Source: a virus
Lineage: Duplodnaviria > Caudoviricetes
IMG/VR virus record: IMGVR_UViG_3300020045_017228
Span: 1 to 28,225 of that record
Direction: 5' to 3' (one strand)
DNA length: 28,225 nt
Part shown: positions 25,425 to 28,225 of the stretch, piece by piece
How the letters are laid out: each line of letters opens with the position of its first letter
Position numbering within the stretch: position 1 is the first letter of the stretch
The notes under the pieces: generated by a model
The model's input: the letters and a program-made list of their open reading frames with translations, nothing else
Told to the model about the DNA's origin: nothing
Database searches by the model: none
Translations under genes and position numbers: made by a program

Positions 25425-26300
25425 ATGAAAGAAGCTACAATCTACAACGCATTACAGAATAACTTTACCCAAGTTAGCAACGAGGCTTTAGTTAATGCTA
25501 GATTGTCGGGAAAGGCATATAAACTTTATGCTTATATGTGTTATCGTGTTAGCTCTTGCCCTAGTTGGATTTTTAATAGAGGTGAGATTTTGAAGCATTT
25601 TACCGAAGGTGAAACAGCAATGAGAGGTGCTTTTAGAGAGTTGGTTGATTCTGGGTTTTTGGAAAGAATAAGAATCAGAAACGGTAAGGGAATTTTCGAG
25701 AAAACAGATTATAAAATTTACTCAACCCCTATAAATAAAGGCTCTAATCCACAAGTGGAAAATCCACCTGTGGATAATCAACAAGTGGAAAACCCACGAG
25801 TGGAAAATCAACGTCTTAATAATAAAGACAAGATTAATAAAGATTCTAAAAATAAAGATTTATTTTTTTTGGAAGAAACAAAAAAACATTTTTCAGATTT
25901 GGGTTATAAAAGCGATGCAGAAGCATTTTTTGATTACTACCAAGCAAAAGGTTGGAAAATTGGAAAAGATAAGATTGTTGATCGTGCAAGTGCAGCTAAA
26001 AGTTGGGAAAGACAATTTAAAAAGTTTAACCCTGATTTGTATTTACCAGAAAAACCAAAAAATGGCGACAAAAACCAAACAAACATCAATTTAATCAGAA
26101 TAGCAAAAGCAGGCATAAAATCTATGTTTTACAACGGAAATCAAGAAGATCTAAAAAACCTGTTTGAGAATAACTGGGATAATATTGAAGCTGTTGATGG
26201 AGGTTTTATAATGAAATGCACTAACCAAGATGCTGAGCTTATTAGAGCTGAGTATCAGGGTATTTTGGATAAGTTTAATGTTAAATTGGAGATTAAATAA
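25425..26300 (+). CDS. Phage replication initiation protein (HTH N-terminus, internal iterons)
   Basis: NFTQVSN..LS..A..LY and ELVDSGFL motifs; C-terminal FFDYY..KGWKIG...AA..W. Confidence 0.8.
   Translation: MKEATIYNALQNNFTQVSNEALVNARLSGKAYKLYAYMCYRVSSCPSWIFNRGEILKHFTEGETAMRGAFRELVDSGFLERIRIRNGKGIFEKTDYKIYSTPINKGSNPQVENPPVDNQQVENPRVENQRLNNKDKINKDSKNKDLFFLEETKKHFSDLGYKSDAEAFFDYYQAKGWKIGKDKIVDRASAAKSWERQFKKFNPDLYLPEKPKNGDKNQTNINLIRIAKAGIKSMFYNGNQEDLKNLFENNWDNIEAVDGGFIMKCTNQDAELIRAEYQGILDKFNVKLEIK
25746..25812 (+). repeat. About 4.5 copies of a 15-bp iteron-like repeat containing a perfect DnaA box
   Basis: AATCCACAAGTGGAA / AATCCACCTGTGGAT / AATCAACAAGTGGAA / AACCCACGAGTGGAA / AATCAAC; TGTGGATAA at 25769-25777. 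Confidence 0.8.
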
Positions 26301-26653
26301 TGCTTTTTACCCTTGATATTATTGCATTAAAACCAAGAGAAAAAATATATAAAGCGTATGATAAGAAGGGTTTGTTTTTAATAATTCATCCTAGCGGCGG
26401 CAAATATTGGCGTTTTAAATACCGCTTCAATGGTAAAGAAAAAAGTTTATCTTTCGGAATTTTCCCAGAAGTCTCACTAGAAGAAGCGAGGAAAGTGAGG
26501 GATGATGCTAGAAAAAAAATTAAAGATGGATCAGATCCAGCAATTATAAGAAAGTTGCAAAAACTCCAAAATGCAAAAAATAATATAGAGTTGGAAGAAA
26601 AAATTAAAAAATTACAAGATGAAATTGTTAGTTTAAAGGGTCAAAAACTATGA
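26300..26653 (+). CDS. Stand-alone integrase arm-type DNA-binding domain (DUF4102 / Arm-DNA-bind_3-like) with coiled coil
   Basis: D.KGLFL.IHPSGGKYWRFKYRFNGKEKSLSFG.FPEVSLEEAR...G.DP is the P4-type integrase N-terminal domain; no catalytic domain follows. Confidence 0.9.
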   Translation: MLFTLDIIALKPREKIYKAYDKKGLFLIIHPSGGKYWRFKYRFNGKEKSLSFGIFPEVSLEEARKVRDDARKKIKDGSDPAIIRKLQKLQNAKNNIELEEKIKKLQDEIVSLKGQKL

Positions 26654-26844
26654 AATTCCGCAACAAAATAACAGGAGAAGAGATCACAATTGAAGAACCT
26701 GCTGCAACGATAATCAAGCAGCGCAATCTTGAGATCATAGATTTAAAAGCGAAGAATCTAAAATTACAGCAACGAATTGATATAATGTCCGCGGCTAGAA
26801 GAAGTGATATACCGGATTTTCTTAAAGGGTTTGGTAGAAAATAA
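26650..26844 (+). CDS. Hypothetical coiled-coil protein
   Basis: 64 aa, ATGA-coupled. Confidence 0.6.
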   Translation: MKFRNKITGEEITIEEPAATIIKQRNLEIIDLKAKNLKLQQRIDIMSAARRSDIPDFLKGFGRK

Positions 26845-26847
26845 TTG

Positions 26848-26877
26848 TTGCATTATTACAATCTTGCATTAAAGTTA
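26848..26877 (+). repeat. 8-bp-period repeats upstream of the par cassette (centromere/operator candidate)
   Basis: TTGCATTA-TTACAATC-TTGCATTA-AAGTTA. Confidence 0.55.
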
Positions 26878-26909
26878 ATTACTCTATTATCAATAAATCT
26901 TTATTTAAA

Positions 26910-27071
26910 ATGTCCAAATCAGAGCCTCTAGTTTCAATGACCGTAAGAATTCCCGAAGAATTAAGATATGAAGTGGGAATTATCGCAAAGCAACAAAAAA
27001 CATCCATTAAAGAAATCGTTCGTCAACTTTTAGAAAACTTTATAGAAGAGCAAAAAAATGAAAAACACTAG
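26910..27071 (+). CDS. Ribbon-helix-helix protein (53 aa; not in the ORF track)
   Basis: MSKSEPLVSMTVRIPEELRYEVGIIAKQQKTSIKEIVRQLLENFIE has the alternating beta strand plus two helices of an RHH. Confidence 0.75.
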   Translation: MSKSEPLVSMTVRIPEELRYEVGIIAKQQKTSIKEIVRQLLENFIEEQKNEKH

Positions 27072-27876
27072 AATTGTATCGGCTATAAACCAAAAAGGTG
27101 GAGTTGCCAAAACTACCACAATTCAAAATTTAGCGGCTGCTCTATCTATCTTAGAACAAAAAGTTTTAGTTATTGATTGCGATCCCCAAGGTAATTTTAC
27201 AGGGCTATATTTTGATGAGACAGTGATGGAATCAAAATATACAATTTATGATTTGCTAAAAGAAGAGGCTAGAGATGAAGAATCTGATGATGCAATTAAA
27301 CCAACAGATGTGATATTACATTATAAAAAAGGAGAAATAGCCTTTGATATTGTGCCTGCCACTCCAGTATTGGGTCAGGCTGATTTTGAGTTGATTAGTT
27401 TGCCGGGCAGAGAATTTTTATTAAGAAAGATTTTAGATAAAATTATTAGCTATAATTGCTATGATTTTATTTTGCTTGATTGCCCTCCTAGTCTTAGCAT
27501 CCTTACAATTAATGTGTTGTGTTGCTCAGATCAAAACGAATTGATGATTTTGGTAAAGCCGGGATATTTCAGTAAGATGGGTATTAAAACCCTAAATAAG
27601 GTTAGAAAAAACTTAGAAAAGAAAATTGGTATCAAGCAAAAAAGCTTCAAATTTCTGGTAGCAATGTTTAAAGAAAATCGCACACAACATCAAGAAACGG
27701 TTAAAGAAATTGAAGAGCAATTTTCTGAAAAACACATATTTGACACTAAGATCAGAGATGTTCAAAATATTAGTACCGCCCAAGAGTTTGGATTAGATAT
27801 TTTCAACTACGATCCCAAAAGCAATGGCGCTTTGGATTATATGAACTTAGCTAAAGAAATAATCAAAAATGACTAA
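27058..27876 (+). CDS. parA: ParA/Soj partition ATPase (no N-terminal HTH; type Ib-like)
   Basis: Deviant Walker A NQKGGVAKTT, VIDCDPQGN, YDFILLDCPPSL. Confidence 0.95.
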   Translation: MKNTRIVSAINQKGGVAKTTTIQNLAAALSILEQKVLVIDCDPQGNFTGLYFDETVMESKYTIYDLLKEEARDEESDDAIKPTDVILHYKKGEIAFDIVPATPVLGQADFELISLPGREFLLRKILDKIISYNCYDFILLDCPPSLSILTINVLCCSDQNELMILVKPGYFSKMGIKTLNKVRKNLEKKIGIKQKSFKFLVAMFKENRTQHQETVKEIEEQFSEKHIFDTKIRDVQNISTAQEFGLDIFNYDPKSNGALDYMNLAKEIIKND

Positions 27877-28177
27877 GCACGAAAAAAAGAAAATAATCTT
27901 TAATAATGATTTTGATTTGCCAGCAATTCCTACGCTGACAGAACCAACAATCACAGAAATTACGCCACCGCAAATTAAACCTTCCCTACCCTCAAAAAAA
28001 CCAGTAATCAGGTTTAATATTGAGCGCACACCAGTTGTTAAAATTGGCTTTGATTTGCCAGAAGATGCAGATTATGACATAGAAATTATTGCCACAAAAG
28101 AAAGAAAATCAAAAAAAGATTTGCTCACAGAGATAGTAGTTGATTGGCTCAAGAAAAATAAACATAGAAAAGATTAA
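27869..28177 (+). CDS. Putative centromere-binding protein (disordered N-terminus plus C-terminal RHH; ParG-like)
   Basis: Pro-rich N-terminus, then KIGFDLPED..YDIEIIATKERKSKKDLLTEIV; overlaps the parA stop. Confidence 0.7.
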   Translation: MTKHEKKKIIFNNDFDLPAIPTLTEPTITEITPPQIKPSLPSKKPVIRFNIERTPVVKIGFDLPEDADYDIEIIATKERKSKKDLLTEIVVDWLKKNKHRKD

Positions 28178-28195
28178 ATTAATTAATAATAATGC

Positions 28196-28225
28196 TTGCA
28201 TTAATGTTTTATTACATTAAAGTTA
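28196..28225 (+). repeat. 8-bp-period repeats downstream of the par cassette (may continue past the window)
   Basis: TTGCATTA-ATGTTTTA-TTACATTA-AAGTTA, matching the 26848-26877 arrangement. Confidence 0.55.

Noticed and set aside
25746-25812. 15-bp repeats as a CRISPR array
   Set aside because: They are tandem with no spacers and lie in frame within a rep gene, which fits iterons. No CRISPR array or cas genes are seen in the window.
1-28225. Stop-codon reassignment, diversity-generating retroelement or retron
   Set aside because: Core genes are full length in the standard code, and no reverse transcriptase or TR/VR pair is visible.

Overview
AT-rich fragment of a tailed dsDNA phage genome: myovirus-type, with an HK97-fold head and a Mu-like contractile tail sheath. 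The host is probably a low-GC alphaproteobacterium, inferred from the GroES sequence type. The left half is a minus-strand morphogenesis module running portal, gp7-like head protein, prohead protease, major capsid, decoration proteins, head-tail connectors, tail terminator, sheath and tube. Two plus-strand islands interrupt it: terminase large subunit plus 2 ORFs, and ORF plus tRNA-Thr(TGT) plus groES. Both islands begin with the same exact 21-bp sequence. The middle is a minus-strand accessory arm with an arm-less tyrosine recombinase, HNH, YopX-like gene, a 93-aa mini terminase-like ORF, terS, a ParB-N protein, a GT2 glycosyltransferase and an HTH regulator. Right of a divergent promoter region (~22130-22470) are early genes, a structured-RNA candidate with three small membrane proteins, two replication-initiator-like genes with DnaA boxes/iterons, a stand-alone integrase arm-binding domain, and an RHH-ParA-RHH partition cassette flanked by 8-bp repeats, suggesting a phage-plasmid lifestyle. 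The most notable points are the relocated terL with a mini-terL relic or decoy near terS, the apparently split integrase, the shared 21-bp island motif, and the nested repeats in the tail-terminator protein. All calls come from reading motifs by eye; no database searches were run.
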